NCBI GenBank assembly: GCA_900752975.1
Contig: CAADXH010000088.1
Location: forward strand, 1 to 53,679
DNA length: 53,679 nt
Reading direction: 5' to 3'
From: Bacilli bacterium
GTDB taxonomy: Bacteria > Bacillota_I > Bacilli_A > ML615J-28 > CAG-313
In this document: piece by piece, positions 1-8,919 of the stretch
How positions within the stretch are numbered: position 1 is the stretch's first letter
How the letters are laid out: every line of letters begins with the position of its first letter
The notes under the pieces: generated by a model
Database searches by the model: none
Told to the model about the DNA's origin: nothing
Seen by the model: the letters and a program-made list of their open reading frames with translations, nothing else
Position numbers and translations under genes: made by a program

Positions 1-8
1 CCTTTTGT

Positions 9-37
9 GATTATTTAACTTTCACCATAATTGGTAA
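9..37. repeat. Left copy of a 29-bp inverted repeat that brackets the window; weaker colinear similarity continues inward to about position 82
   Basis: GATTATTTAACTTTCACCATAATTGGTAA matches the reverse complement of 53640-53668 (GATGATTTAACTTTCACCATAATTGGTAA) at 28/29. The next 44 nt align without gaps at roughly 30/44. Confidence 0.8.
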
Positions 38-150
38 TTGCTAAATAATCATTTTTGGTTACTTTTATTTTAACATTAACAAAAAATTGTCTATTTAACT
101 TGAATTTTTTATAAAAATAGTATAATTGTATTGTAAATAGGAATGATAAT

Positions 151-357
151 ATGAATCTATATAAAAGAGAAGAATACGTAAAAATAATTAGATGTTTTTA
201 TCATGATACTGAACTTATTAAAGTTATACTGGGGTAAGAAGATGTGGAAAATCATCACTAAAATGTTCTAACTAAAGATTTCTTAATTCAAAAATGCAAT
301 GGCATTAATCATGCAAATATTGCAGAGTTTATTAAGAATAATTTAAATTTTAATTAG
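151..357 (+). pseudogene. N-terminal fragment of an AAA+ ATPase (DUF4143-type), frameshifted and truncated
   Basis: ATG at 151 gives MNLYKREEYVKIIRCFYHDTELIKVILG then a stop. The +1 frame continues VRRCGKSSL, a Walker A (GxxxxGKS) split by a 1-nt frameshift. More stops follow. Confidence 0.4.
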
Positions 358-445
358 ACATAAAATGTATTTGTCGTAATAAATGACGTAATAAGTGTCG
401 TATTAAAATATACAAAAATGTGTTATTATATAGAGGAGGAATTCT

Positions 446-1051
446 ATGAACATCAAAGAAAAAGATTATATATTAGAATACTATGGAGAATTCTATAATG
501 AAGAATGTGGAAAGTGGAATACTTCACTTAAATCTAAATGGTATGATTATAAAATTAATGAATATTTTGGAGAACATTTCAAATTAAAAGAAGCACGAAT
601 ATTTGCAATATTGGTATTGGACCAGGACACTGGGATAGATATTTATCATATCATATGAATGACAATTGTAAACTTATTTGTATTGACATTGATCCTGATA
701 TTACTGAAACTTTTAGATTATGTTTAGAAAATGAAAATAATAAACGTAATATTAGAAATTGTTAATAATGATATATTTAAATATAATCCAACTATTAAAT
801 TTGACATTGTTACCATAATAGATTCAGCTGTTCAGAAAATTGGAAACTATAAAGAAATTTTTGTAAAGGCAACTTCAATGTTAAGTGAGAGTGGGGCACT
901 ATCTTATTCATGTGTAACTAAAGAAGAAACAAAAGAACAATTAATCAACGCACTTAGCAGTATTGGAGCATTTGTTGCTGACTATCAAAGATTAGAAAAA
1001 TATGGTTTAGTATTAATAGTTTCTAGAATAATTAAACAAGGTAAAAAATAG
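446..1051 (+). pseudogene. Class I SAM-dependent methyltransferase broken by two frameshifts
   Basis: Three successive frames read as one protein. Frame 1 (446-~600) ends ...FKLKEARI. Frame 2 (601-765) reads ICNIGIGPGHWDRYLSYHMNDNCKLICIDIDP (motif I plus acidic loop). Frame 3 (731-1051) reads ...EIVNNDIFKYNPTIKFDIVTIIDS. Confidence 0.55.
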
Positions 1052-1516
1052 TAGTACAAAGAACATATAGAAACTTTAAATAACAGTATCAAATTTAGCT
1101 TTTTTAATACTAAAAAATCAATGTATTAATACTTGTGTTATTCTGGTCCCGTCACCTGTACCATTTTTTGAAGTCTATAAGTCTTCTAGCAAGGCTTATT
1201 TTTTTTGCGTTTTATAGGGTATTTTAACTAAAAATGGTTAGAATACCTTATTTTTTTATACGAATATGAAACATTTAGATTTAAACAATAGGGGTGACTG
1301 ACCACTGACTCGAACCATTGTTTTACGGAATTCGAACCTATAAGAGATAATGGTGGAAATCAAAACGGTTAACTTATTTTTCTTATTAAAGCACGTATCA
1401 TTCATGATGTGATGAAACAGTAGGTACTACCAAATTTTAATTTGGTTTTTTAAATTGTTAATAAGAATAGTATTGTTTGTAAAATTTTTATATAATCAAA
1501 CGTAAAAGACAAATTA

Positions 1517-1576
1517 CTTAATCAAAGTACCACAAATCTATTAAGTAAAATTCCACAAATCTCTTAAACAAAATGC
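1517..1576. repeat. About 2.5 tandem copies of a 23-bp direct repeat immediately 3' of the recombinase gene
   Basis: TTAATCAAAGTACCACAAATCT, then TTAAGTAAAATTCCACAAATCT, then partial TTAAACAAAATG. The CCACAAATCT cores lie at 1530-1539 and 1553-1562. Confidence 0.6.
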
Positions 1577-1590
1577 TTTACATTTAATTA

Positions 1591-2064
1591 TTAATAATGT
1601 TTATATTTAGGACGTCCCATATGAACACCATTTGCTTTTGCTATTTTTATTCCTTCAGCTTGACGTTGCCTAATATTCTCTCTTTCATTTTGTGCCACAA
1701 AACTTAAAACTTGTAGCACAATGTCAGATATAAATTTGCCAACTAGGTTCTTACCTTCAACCCTTGTATCAAGTAAAGGAAAATCAATAACAAATATATC
1801 AGCATCAATAACCTTTGTTATATATTGCCACCCATTAATAATCATATCATAATTACGACCAAGGCGGTCTATGGATTTAATTATCAGTAGGTCGTCTTTT
1901 TTTAATTTGTTTTTTAATAATTGATAATTTTCACGATTAAAGTCTTTACCACTTTGCTTATCTACGAAAATAACATCATCACTTAACCCTAATTTATACA
2001 TTTCTTCCATTTGTCTTGCTACGTTTTGTGTTTGTGTAGATACTCTTACATAACCATATTTCAT
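1591..2064 (-). CDS. Small serine recombinase (resolvase/invertase catalytic domain only, 157 aa); C-terminal HTH domain absent
   Basis: AGGAGG RBS then MKYGYVRVSTQTQNVARQ (catalytic Ser motif), ...IKSIDRLGRN..., E-helix ...QNERENIRQRQAEGIKIAKANGVHMGRPK. The stop comes 4 codons after GRPK, where family members normally continue into an HTH. The track ORF start at 2133 is probably too far upstream. Confidence 0.85.
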   Translation of the reverse strand: MKYGYVRVSTQTQNVARQMEEMYKLGLSDDVIFVDKQSGKDFNRENYQLLKNKLKKDDLLIIKSIDRLGRNYDMIINGWQYITKVIDADIFVIDFPLLDTRVEGKNLVGKFISDIVLQVLSFVAQNERENIRQRQAEGIKIAKANGVHMGRPKYKHY

Positions 2065-2314
2065 ATATTGCCTCCTATGAATAAGAACATTATAACAAAA
2101 TGTCCCTTCATTTGTTTTGTTTAAAAAAGTCACCCATTCCTGGATGACGATAATGCTATGGTTTGTAAAGGTACACCTTTTTGAACCTTTATTTTATAAA
2201 AATATTATACCATAAAAGGCAAAAAATGCAACTATTTCACCTTGATTATTCCGTCGGATGAATAAATTGAGAAAAAAATGGACCGATTAATAAAATATTT
2301 AAAGGTGTACCTTT

Positions 2315-3004
2315 ATGTATGGAGGTTTTGTGTGCGAGAATGAATATAGACTATGTTATGTTGCTTATGCAGATATTTTAGGATTTAAAAATAAAATTAA
2401 CAAAAGTGTTACAGATAATGATACTTTAAATGAGATACTGTCGTTACAAAAATACTTAGAAACCATAAAAAAAAGTAGTGGAGTATCAGAGAAAAAAGCA
2501 TATTTTATATCGGATTCTATATTTTTAGTTTTTCCTTTTGAGAAAAATGAAATGTCAAGTGTTTTGTGGGAGATTGCCGATATGCAAGCAGAAATAATCA
2601 ATAAGGGCTTTTTAATAAGGGGTGGATTAACAATTGGCATGGTGGTATTTTCTGATACATACCTATTTGGTCCATCTGTAAATGAAGTTGTTCAAATTGA
2701 GCAACAAATAGAATGTCCTTGTGTTGCATTAAGTTATCGTTTCTTTGAGAATTATTTATTAAATATAAATAAAGCAAGTTTTGTATATGATGATTTAGAA
2801 CGTGAAATGAAAGATGCTTCAGAGTATCTATCATCAAATGAAAGTTTTAAATGGATATCACATGTGAATAAGCAGGATTTAATAATAGATAAGGTTGATA
2901 TAAAAAGAAAATTATTAGAAATGATTTCTGATAATAAAGATAATCCTAATGAAAGAATTAAAAGTAAATACATTTGGTTAGAAAGAAATATTGATTATAA
3001 ATAG
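2315..3004 (+). CDS. Hypothetical protein with class III nucleotidyl-cyclase-like (palm fold) motifs
   Basis: CYVAYADILGFKN resembles cyclase beta1 (F-x-D-I-x-G-F). AYFISDSIFLVFPF resembles the second metal-Asp strand. FLIRGGLTIGMVVF...LFGPSVNEVVQIEQ resembles R-I-G-I-H-x-G...G-x-x-V-N-x-A-x-R-x-E. The C-terminal ~90 aa are unassigned. Confidence 0.45.
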   Translation: MYGGFVCENEYRLCYVAYADILGFKNKINKSVTDNDTLNEILSLQKYLETIKKSSGVSEKKAYFISDSIFLVFPFEKNEMSSVLWEIADMQAEIINKGFLIRGGLTIGMVVFSDTYLFGPSVNEVVQIEQQIECPCVALSYRFFENYLLNINKASFVYDDLEREMKDASEYLSSNESFKWISHVNKQDLIIDKVDIKRKLLEMISDNKDNPNERIKSKYIWLERNIDYK

Positions 3005-3017
3005 AAAGGAGATTAAA

Positions 3018-6000
3018 GTGAGGTACTTTAGTAAATTTATTAGTGTTTTTTTAGTAACCATATTTGTTTTTTTATGTGGATGTAAAAAACAAGTTAAGTT
3101 TGATGTTAATTTCATTGTTGATGATGCACTATATGCTACTGTAGGAACAAGTGGAGATGAAGTAATTTCAATTCCAACAGATCCAGTTAAAGGCGGATTT
3201 GTATTTGATGGTTGGTATTGGGATAAAGATGTATGGCAAAAGCCATTTTCTGCTAATTCATTATTAGATGTAGAATTAAGAGAAAACATGAACGTATATG
3301 CAAAGTTTTTGTCTAATGATGATCCAGTTGGCTGTGATCTTGTTATGGAAGGGTTTGACAATATAGTATCAGTAGAAACTGGAGATATATTATATGGAGA
3401 AACACCAAATGCTCAGATTAATTTTTCATTTGATGATGTAGTTAGAATATCTAACAAATCTACATATACTGTTTCTACTGATTTATCTGGAAATGATATA
3501 ATCAAGAGTAAAACAACAGTATTAGAATTAGGTAATAATCTATTCTTTATTCAAGTATATGATGATACTGGAAAAGTAAAACAATATAACATCGTTATTA
3601 GAAGACATTTAATGTATAAGGTTACATTTAATACTAATGGTGGAACATCAGTAAGTAGTAAGACAGTTGAGGAAGATTCTATTATTAGTGTTCCTAATAC
3701 AACTAGAACTGGTTATGTTTTAAAAGGGTGGGATTATGATTTTTCTGAACCAATTGTCGAGAATACAACTATTAGTGCAATTTGGGAGGCAAAAGAATAT
3801 ATCATTAGTTTAGATGCAAATGATGGAAATTGTGATTATAGTCAATTGAATGCTGAATATAATACTTATTTAGCATTACCTACACCTACTAAGGCAGGAT
3901 ATACATTTAATGGATGGTATAATGAAACTACTAGAGTATATGATGGTGTATGGAAAACAGATAAGAATGTAGAGTTAACTGCTAAATGGACAGCTAATAC
4001 ATATACAATAAGTTATGATTTAGATGGTGGTACTTTAAATAGTAATAAGCCAAGTTCATATAAAACAGGGCAAATAGTTAATATGGGTAATCCTAGCAAA
4101 GTTGGATATGAATTCTTAGGTTGGAGTGTTAATGGTTCTAGTCAAAAATATAAAGATTATCAAATATCTGATATTTATGGGAATATTAGTTTAGTTGCTT
4201 ATTATGAAGCTAATACATATAGTGTAACATTAGATAGTGATGGTGGAGATTGTGAAACTAATTTATTCACTGTTACATATGGCAAAAACTATACTTTACC
4301 AGTTCCAACTAAAGTTGGTTATATATTTGAAGGTTGGTATAATGGAAGTACTAAAGTTGAAGCAGGTGTATGGAATAGAACATATAGCTTAGATTTAAAA
4401 GCTAAATGGAGTATTGCAAATTATACTATCACTTATAATTTAAATGGTGGTTGTAATAATGAAAATAATCCAACATCTTTTACTTTTGAAACTGAAACTA
4501 TTATATTATTAGATGCTACTAAAACTGGTTATACATTTGTTGGTTGGACTTCTAGTGATATAACAACACCAACTAAAAATGTTATTATTGAAAAAGGATC
4601 AACTGAAAATGTTAAGTTTACAGCAAACTTTACTGCTAATAAATATAATGTAATATTTGATGTAAATGGTGGAAGTGAGCTTGAGGAAAATGATCTTGAA
4701 GTGATTTATGATAATAGTTACACATTGCCAAAAACAGAGAAAACTGGTTATAAATTTAAAGGTTGGTATAATGGTGAAGAATTAGTTAATGATGGAATAT
4801 GGAAAATGGACTCAAATGTTACATTAACAGCTAAATGGGAAATTATTACATATAAGATTAACTATGAATTAAATGGTGGAGTAAATAGCAATCAAAACTT
4901 ACAAAATTATAATTATGAATACAGTGATATCTCTATTTATAATCCAACTAAAACTGGTTATACGTTTATTGGTTGGAAGGTTAATGGAGAAGAAGAGTTA
5001 GTGATTGAATATGTAGTTAAACATAATAGCTTAGGTAATATTACTTTGGAAGCTATCTTTACTCCAAATACATATAAATTAACATTAGATGTTAATGGCG
5101 GAAATAGTTTAGAAAAAGATGAAATTGAAATTAAATATGATGAGAAATTAAGTTTAGAAGTTCCTAATAGAACTGGTTATACATTTGCTGGTTGGTATAA
5201 GGAAACTAGTAAAGTTGAAAATGGAACATGGAAATACTTAGAAGATGTTACATTAACAGCTAAATGGAATATTATTAACTATACAATTAAATATAATTTA
5301 GATGATGGAGTTAATAGTTCTAGTAATGTAAGTGGATATACTTATGAAAGTGATGATATTACTATTAGTGAACCAACTAAAACTGGTTATACATTCTTAG
5401 GATGGACATATGGTGATATTATTGTTCCGGAAAAAGAAGTAGTAATTAGTCATAACTCAACTGGTGATATTGAATTAAATGCTTATTTCCAAGTTAATAC
5501 ATATTACATCACATATGATGTTAATGGAGGAAACGAATTAGATCAAAATGTTGTAGGTATTGTTTATGGTACAAACTTTAGTTTAATTACACCAACTAAA
5601 GATGGATATGAATTTAGTGGTTGGTATATTGATTCAACTAAATTTGTTAGTGGAAAATGGACTAAAACAAATGATGTTACGTTAACTGCTAAATGGACAT
5701 TAGTAAATTATTCAATTAGTTATATTCTAGATGGAGGTAAGAGTTCATATAATCCAGCTAAATATAATTATGAATATCAAGATATAGTAATTTCTAATCC
5801 AACTAAAACTGGTTATACATTTATTGGATGGAGTATAAATGATAGTACTGATTTATATATTGATTATGTTATTAAACAACATTCATTTGGAAATTTAGTA
5901 TTAAAAGCTAATTGGCAAGTTAATGAATATAAATTAAGTTTAGATATTAATGGTGGAAATGAATTAGATCAAGATGTGTTTAATATTGAATATGGTTCAG

Positions 6001-7271
6001 ATTTTTCTTTACCAGAACCATCAAGAACAGGTTATACATTTGGTGGATGGTATAATGGAAAAACTAAAGTTGAAAATGGAACATGGAAATACTTAGAAGA
6101 TGTTACATTAACAGCTAAATGGAATGTTATTAATTATAATATAAAATATTATCTAAATGATGCAACTATAAACGATAATCCATTAACATACACTTATGAT
6201 GATGACACTATAGTATTAAATGATCCTTATAAAAAAGGACATACATTTATTGGATGGATTACAGACAGTGTCTTTATTCCGACTAAGGCATTAGAAATAC
6301 CTCATAATAGTTTAGGTGAGTTTTCATTTGAAGCCATATTTGAAGTCAATACATATTTAATTACATTAGATGTTAATGGTGGAGACCAATTAGATATAAA
6401 TGAAATGGAAATAGTGTATGCAGAAAAATATGAATTACCAATTCCGCAAAATGCTGATTATTTATTTAGTGGATGGTATTATGATAATGTATTATTAGAA
6501 AATATTGGTGATTATTATTTTGATAAAAATATAACAATTATTGCAAAATGGACTATAGGTTTTTTTGAAAATGGCGCAAATTATTGTTATTTTGGTAAGT
6601 ATCCTCAATCAATTGTGAATGAGGAAAATTTAATAAATGAATTAAATAAAATTACTATAACTAATGAACAAGGATATGTAGTATATAATAATGAAGAATA
6701 TTATTGCTCAAATGCACGGAATATATATGATGAGTCTATAAAAGGTCATCGTCCTATATTGTTATCAAATGGACAAACTTTACATCATGGTGAAAAATAC
6801 TGGTTTAAAGTTGAGCCTATTAAATGGGAAATTATAAATAATGATGGCAAATCTTTAAAACTTATATGTGAAACAATATTAGAACAGCTTGATTATAATA
6901 TTGGTAGTGGTTATTATAGGCTTTATTATTATAGTAGCTATATTGAGTCACAATTAAAAAAATCAATACAAAAATATTATCAAGATTTATTTTCAAATGA
7001 TGAAAGAGAAAAAATATTATTAAATAATACTTATGATGATTATATATATATTCCTGATAAAGATATAATGTGCACTAGTTTAAGCATAAAAGCATCAGAT
7101 TATGCACAAGCGCATGGATGCTCTGCATCATATGGTTGGTATACATCTTCTACATTTATTGGATCTAATGGAAAAACGTATGTTTATTTAAGTGGTAACA
7201 ATAAATCTAATTATTATGCATATGAAGGCCAAGGACCTAGTTGTAGAATGATGATTGATATTTTATTATAG
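3018..7271 (+). CDS. Giant surface lipoprotein with 15 Listeria-Bacteroides (InlB B-type, Flg_new) repeats and a distinct ~280-aa C-terminal domain
   Basis: AAGGAG RBS plus GTG at 3018. Signal peptide and lipobox MRYFSKFISVFLVTIFVFLCGC. There are 15 occurrences of the (T/K)GY-x-F-x-GW core alternating between two module types. C-terminal FGKYPQS...YWFKVEPIKWEII. Confidence 0.85.
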   Translation: MRYFSKFISVFLVTIFVFLCGCKKQVKFDVNFIVDDALYATVGTSGDEVISIPTDPVKGGFVFDGWYWDKDVWQKPFSANSLLDVELRENMNVYAKFLSNDDPVGCDLVMEGFDNIVSVETGDILYGETPNAQINFSFDDVVRISNKSTYTVSTDLSGNDIIKSKTTVLELGNNLFFIQVYDDTGKVKQYNIVIRRHLMYKVTFNTNGGTSVSSKTVEEDSIISVPNTTRTGYVLKGWDYDFSEPIVENTTISAIWEAKEYIISLDANDGNCDYSQLNAEYNTYLALPTPTKAGYTFNGWYNETTRVYDGVWKTDKNVELTAKWTANTYTISYDLDGGTLNSNKPSSYKTGQIVNMGNPSKVGYEFLGWSVNGSSQKYKDYQISDIYGNISLVAYYEANTYSVTLDSDGGDCETNLFTVTYGKNYTLPVPTKVGYIFEGWYNGSTKVEAGVWNRTYSLDLKAKWSIANYTITYNLNGGCNNENNPTSFTFETETIILLDATKTGYTFVGWTSSDITTPTKNVIIEKGSTENVKFTANFTANKYNVIFDVNGGSELEENDLEVIYDNSYTLPKTEKTGYKFKGWYNGEELVNDGIWKMDSNVTLTAKWEIITYKINYELNGGVNSNQNLQNYNYEYSDISIYNPTKTGYTFIGWKVNGEEELVIEYVVKHNSLGNITLEAIFTPNTYKLTLDVNGGNSLEKDEIEIKYDEKLSLEVPNRTGYTFAGWYKETSKVENGTWKYLEDVTLTAKWNIINYTIKYNLDDGVNSSSNVSGYTYESDDITISEPTKTGYTFLGWTYGDIIVPEKEVVISHNSTGDIELNAYFQVNTYYITYDVNGGNELDQNVVGIVYGTNFSLITPTKDGYEFSGWYIDSTKFVSGKWTKTNDVTLTAKWTLVNYSISYILDGGKSSYNPAKYNYEYQDIVISNPTKTGYTFIGWSINDSTDLYIDYVIKQHSFGNLVLKANWQVNEYKLSLDINGGNELDQDVFNIEYGSDFSLPEPSRTGYTFGGWYNGKTKVENGTWKYLEDVTLTAKWNVINYNIKYYLNDATINDNPLTYTYDDDTIVLNDPYKKGHTFIGWITDSVFIPTKALEIPHNSLGEFSFEAIFEVNTYLITLDVNGGDQLDINEMEIVYAEKYELPIPQNADYLFSGWYYDNVLLENIGDYYFDKNITIIAKWTIGFFENGANYCYFGKYPQSIVNEENLINELNKITITNEQGYVVYNNEEYYCSNARNIYDESIKGHRPILLSNGQTLHHGEKYWFKVEPIKWEIINNDGKSLKLICETILEQLDYNIGSGYYRLYYYSSYIESQLKKSIQKYYQDLFSNDEREKILLNNTYDDYIYIPDKDIMCTSLSIKASDYAQAHGCSASYGWYTSSTFIGSNGKTYVYLSGNNKSNYYAYEGQGPSCRMMIDILL
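5211..5270 (+). repeat. 60-nt perfect intragenic duplicate (copy 1) inside the repeat lipoprotein gene
   Basis: AAAGTTGAAAATGGAACATGGAAATACTTAGAAGATGTTACATTAACAGCTAAATGGAAT is identical to 6066-6125, offset 855 bp (285 codons). Confidence 0.9.
6066..6125 (+). repeat. 60-nt perfect intragenic duplicate (copy 2)
   Basis: Identical to 5211-5270. Confidence 0.9.
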
Positions 7272-7390
7272 TTAAATGATGATAAGTGAATAGCTTAGAT
7301 AATTCATTATACTTTATAAATAGCAGTTTAAATATAAAAAGGGAAAGTATATTTTTGAGATTTTAGCAATATAAAATTAAAGGAATAATC

Positions 7391-7426
7391 AAGTCACCTT
7401 GAATCAAGCAAAGCACAAGGCGACTT
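7391..7426 (+). terminator. Candidate stem-loop downstream of the giant lipoprotein gene
   Basis: AAGTCACCTTG...CAAGGCGACTT pairs at 10/11 bp. The downstream T tract is weak. Confidence 0.35.
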
Positions 7427-7472
7427 GAAAATTATTTTCAAAAAAAGTAAAAACTAATGAAAGTAAAAATAT

Positions 7473-7664
7473 ATGAATGACAATAAAAAAGGATTATCAT
7501 TAGGTATAGAATTATATTTTAGAAATTTAAATGGAATAGATTCTAGACCAAATGATAAATATGATAGTGATAGTTTAATGTATTTGGGAACGTTTTATGA
7601 TTGTATGCAAGAAGTGTTAGGGGATTCTGAGAAAGAAATACTTTTTCTAAAAAAATTGAAATGA
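7473..7664 (+). CDS. Hypothetical small protein (63 aa), possibly a remnant
   Basis: ORF only; no recognisable motif. It lies in a decayed AT-rich region. Confidence 0.25.
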   Translation: MNDNKKGLSLGIELYFRNLNGIDSRPNDKYDSDSLMYLGTFYDCMQEVLGDSEKEILFLKKLK

Positions 7665-7763
7665 TTAAAAATAAAAAAATTAAACGATATAGAAAACGCT
7701 GAAGAGATATTTAAAGAATTCAAAGATTTGGTTTTGAAAATAAAATAGAAAAGGAGTATTTAC

Positions 7764-7922
7764 ATGGATATCGGAACTAAAGAAATGGCAATAAGATGTG
7801 GAGTGTCAATGCAAACGGTTTCTAAATGGTGTAGAGAAGGAAAAATACCAGGAGCCACTCAAGATAAAAAAGGATCACCATGGCATATTCCAAAAAATGC
7901 AAAAGATCCACGGAAAAAATAA
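7764..7922 (+). CDS. Excisionase/MerR-superfamily helix-turn-helix protein (52 aa), absent from the ORF track
   Basis: AAGGAG RBS 6 nt upstream. MDIGTKEMAIRCGVSMQTVSKWCREGKIPGATQDKKGSPWHIPKNAKDPRKK; the pattern ...VS.QTV..W...GKIP......G..W.I is typical of excisionase-family DNA-binding domains. Confidence 0.55.
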   Translation: MDIGTKEMAIRCGVSMQTVSKWCREGKIPGATQDKKGSPWHIPKNAKDPRKK

Positions 7923-8584
7923 TTATAAAAGGAAAATATATGGTATAAAAATATTAAGAAATGGCTAAAAACAACGCATCAAAAGTAGAAAAATTAAAAT
8001 TTTTAGAAAATTAAGAATTAGAGAATCTTAAAATAATTTTAATATATATATTAGTGGGACAAAAAATATATGAAGATAAAATTAACGAAAGATATACAGA
8101 ATCAAAAGAAAACATTAAAAATATAAGCAATTATTTATTACAAAACTAAAGGATATGAATCAAACTTTTACTCGAAAAGATGAATTAATATATGAAGTAC
8201 TTGATTGTGTTAGTAATCATTTATATAAATATCTTGAGTTATCTACAAGTATAATATAAATTTTGAAAATAGGATATTTCAAATTAGTGGTTTTCAAAAT
8301 GGTTTGTCATTTATTGCTGAAATTAATAATAGTATAATATTTCTTATATAAGTTATATAAATTACTTGCTATTATAAAATTAGAGAAAATTTAAAGAATA
8401 TCAACTTTTATAAATTTATGTAATTCATATGATAATGTGACTTTTTTATACAAACCAACTAGTGTATAGTATTAGTGTATAAACTAATATTATATGCAGT
8501 ATAAGTTTAGATTATACGCATTAATATTAAAAATCTTAAAATTTATAATCTTAATATTAAAGATTACAAAGGAGGAATTATGTA

Positions 8585-8647
8585 ATGCGTTGGACAAACG
8601 ACACTACGCCGCTTCTGATACGTAGCGGTTGCTATGATAATACATAA
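8585..8647 (+). CDS. Candidate 20-codon leader/small ORF upstream of the mgtC-like operon
   Basis: GGAGG at 8571-8575, then ATG-TAA (8580-8585) overlapping a second ATG at 8585 (ATGTAATG). Peptide MRWTNDTTPLLIRSGCYDNT. Locally GC-rich, with mutually exclusive pairings CTACG/CGTAG and CCGCT/AGCGG. A 9-bp hairpin (8637-8657) spans the stop codon. Confidence 0.2.
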   Translation: MRWTNDTTPLLIRSGCYDNT

Positions 8648-8681
8648 GATGTATTATACAACTTAATATTTTAAATGAAAT

Positions 8682-8737
8682 GGCAATTATGGCTAGATAT
8701 CTAGTATCTAACTATGATTGCCTTTTCTAATTTTTTT
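8682..8737 (+). terminator. Rho-independent terminator-like hairpin between the small ORF and the mgtC-like gene
   Basis: GGCAATTATGG...CTATGATTGCC followed by TTTTCTAATTTTTTT. Confidence 0.45.
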
Positions 8738-8919
8738 AATAATATGTTTTTATGGAACTTTTTGCATGAAGTTTTATTAATGTTATTAATATTGTTATTA
8801 AAAATACATAGCCTATAATTTTTATTTATAAACATTATAGATATAATGCAAATTATTTTGTGAAATTTGTAGATAATGGTATAATTATTTCATATATTAA
8901 AATGAAACGGGAGAAAAAT

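Noticed and set aside
1290-1340. tRNA-like TTCGA-containing strings (GGTTCGAATTCC and GGTTCGAGTC on the minus strand), a possible att-site tRNA fragment.
   Set aside because: Flanking bases do not form a T-stem or an acceptor stem, and no cloverleaf can be drawn.
2365-3361. Minus-strand ORFs 2365-2640, 2598-2837, 2752-2973 and 2978-3361. Similar antisense ORFs occur throughout the track, for example 14077-14271, 16412-16663, 16851-17114, 18547-18756, 21722-22015, 23594-23962, 27889-28077, 28538-28837, 33805-34002, 37085-37522 and 40708-40899.
   Set aside because: All are embedded antisense to longer ORFs with clear family motifs. They lack RBSs and have low-complexity, Leu/Ile/Ser/Phe-rich translations typical of shadow ORFs in AT-rich DNA.
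7923-8560. AT-rich region with many short repeats, considered as a possible CRISPR array or rRNA/ncRNA locus.
   Set aside because: There is no regular repeat-spacer periodicity and no conserved structured core. The content looks like short broken ORFs and low-complexity sequence.
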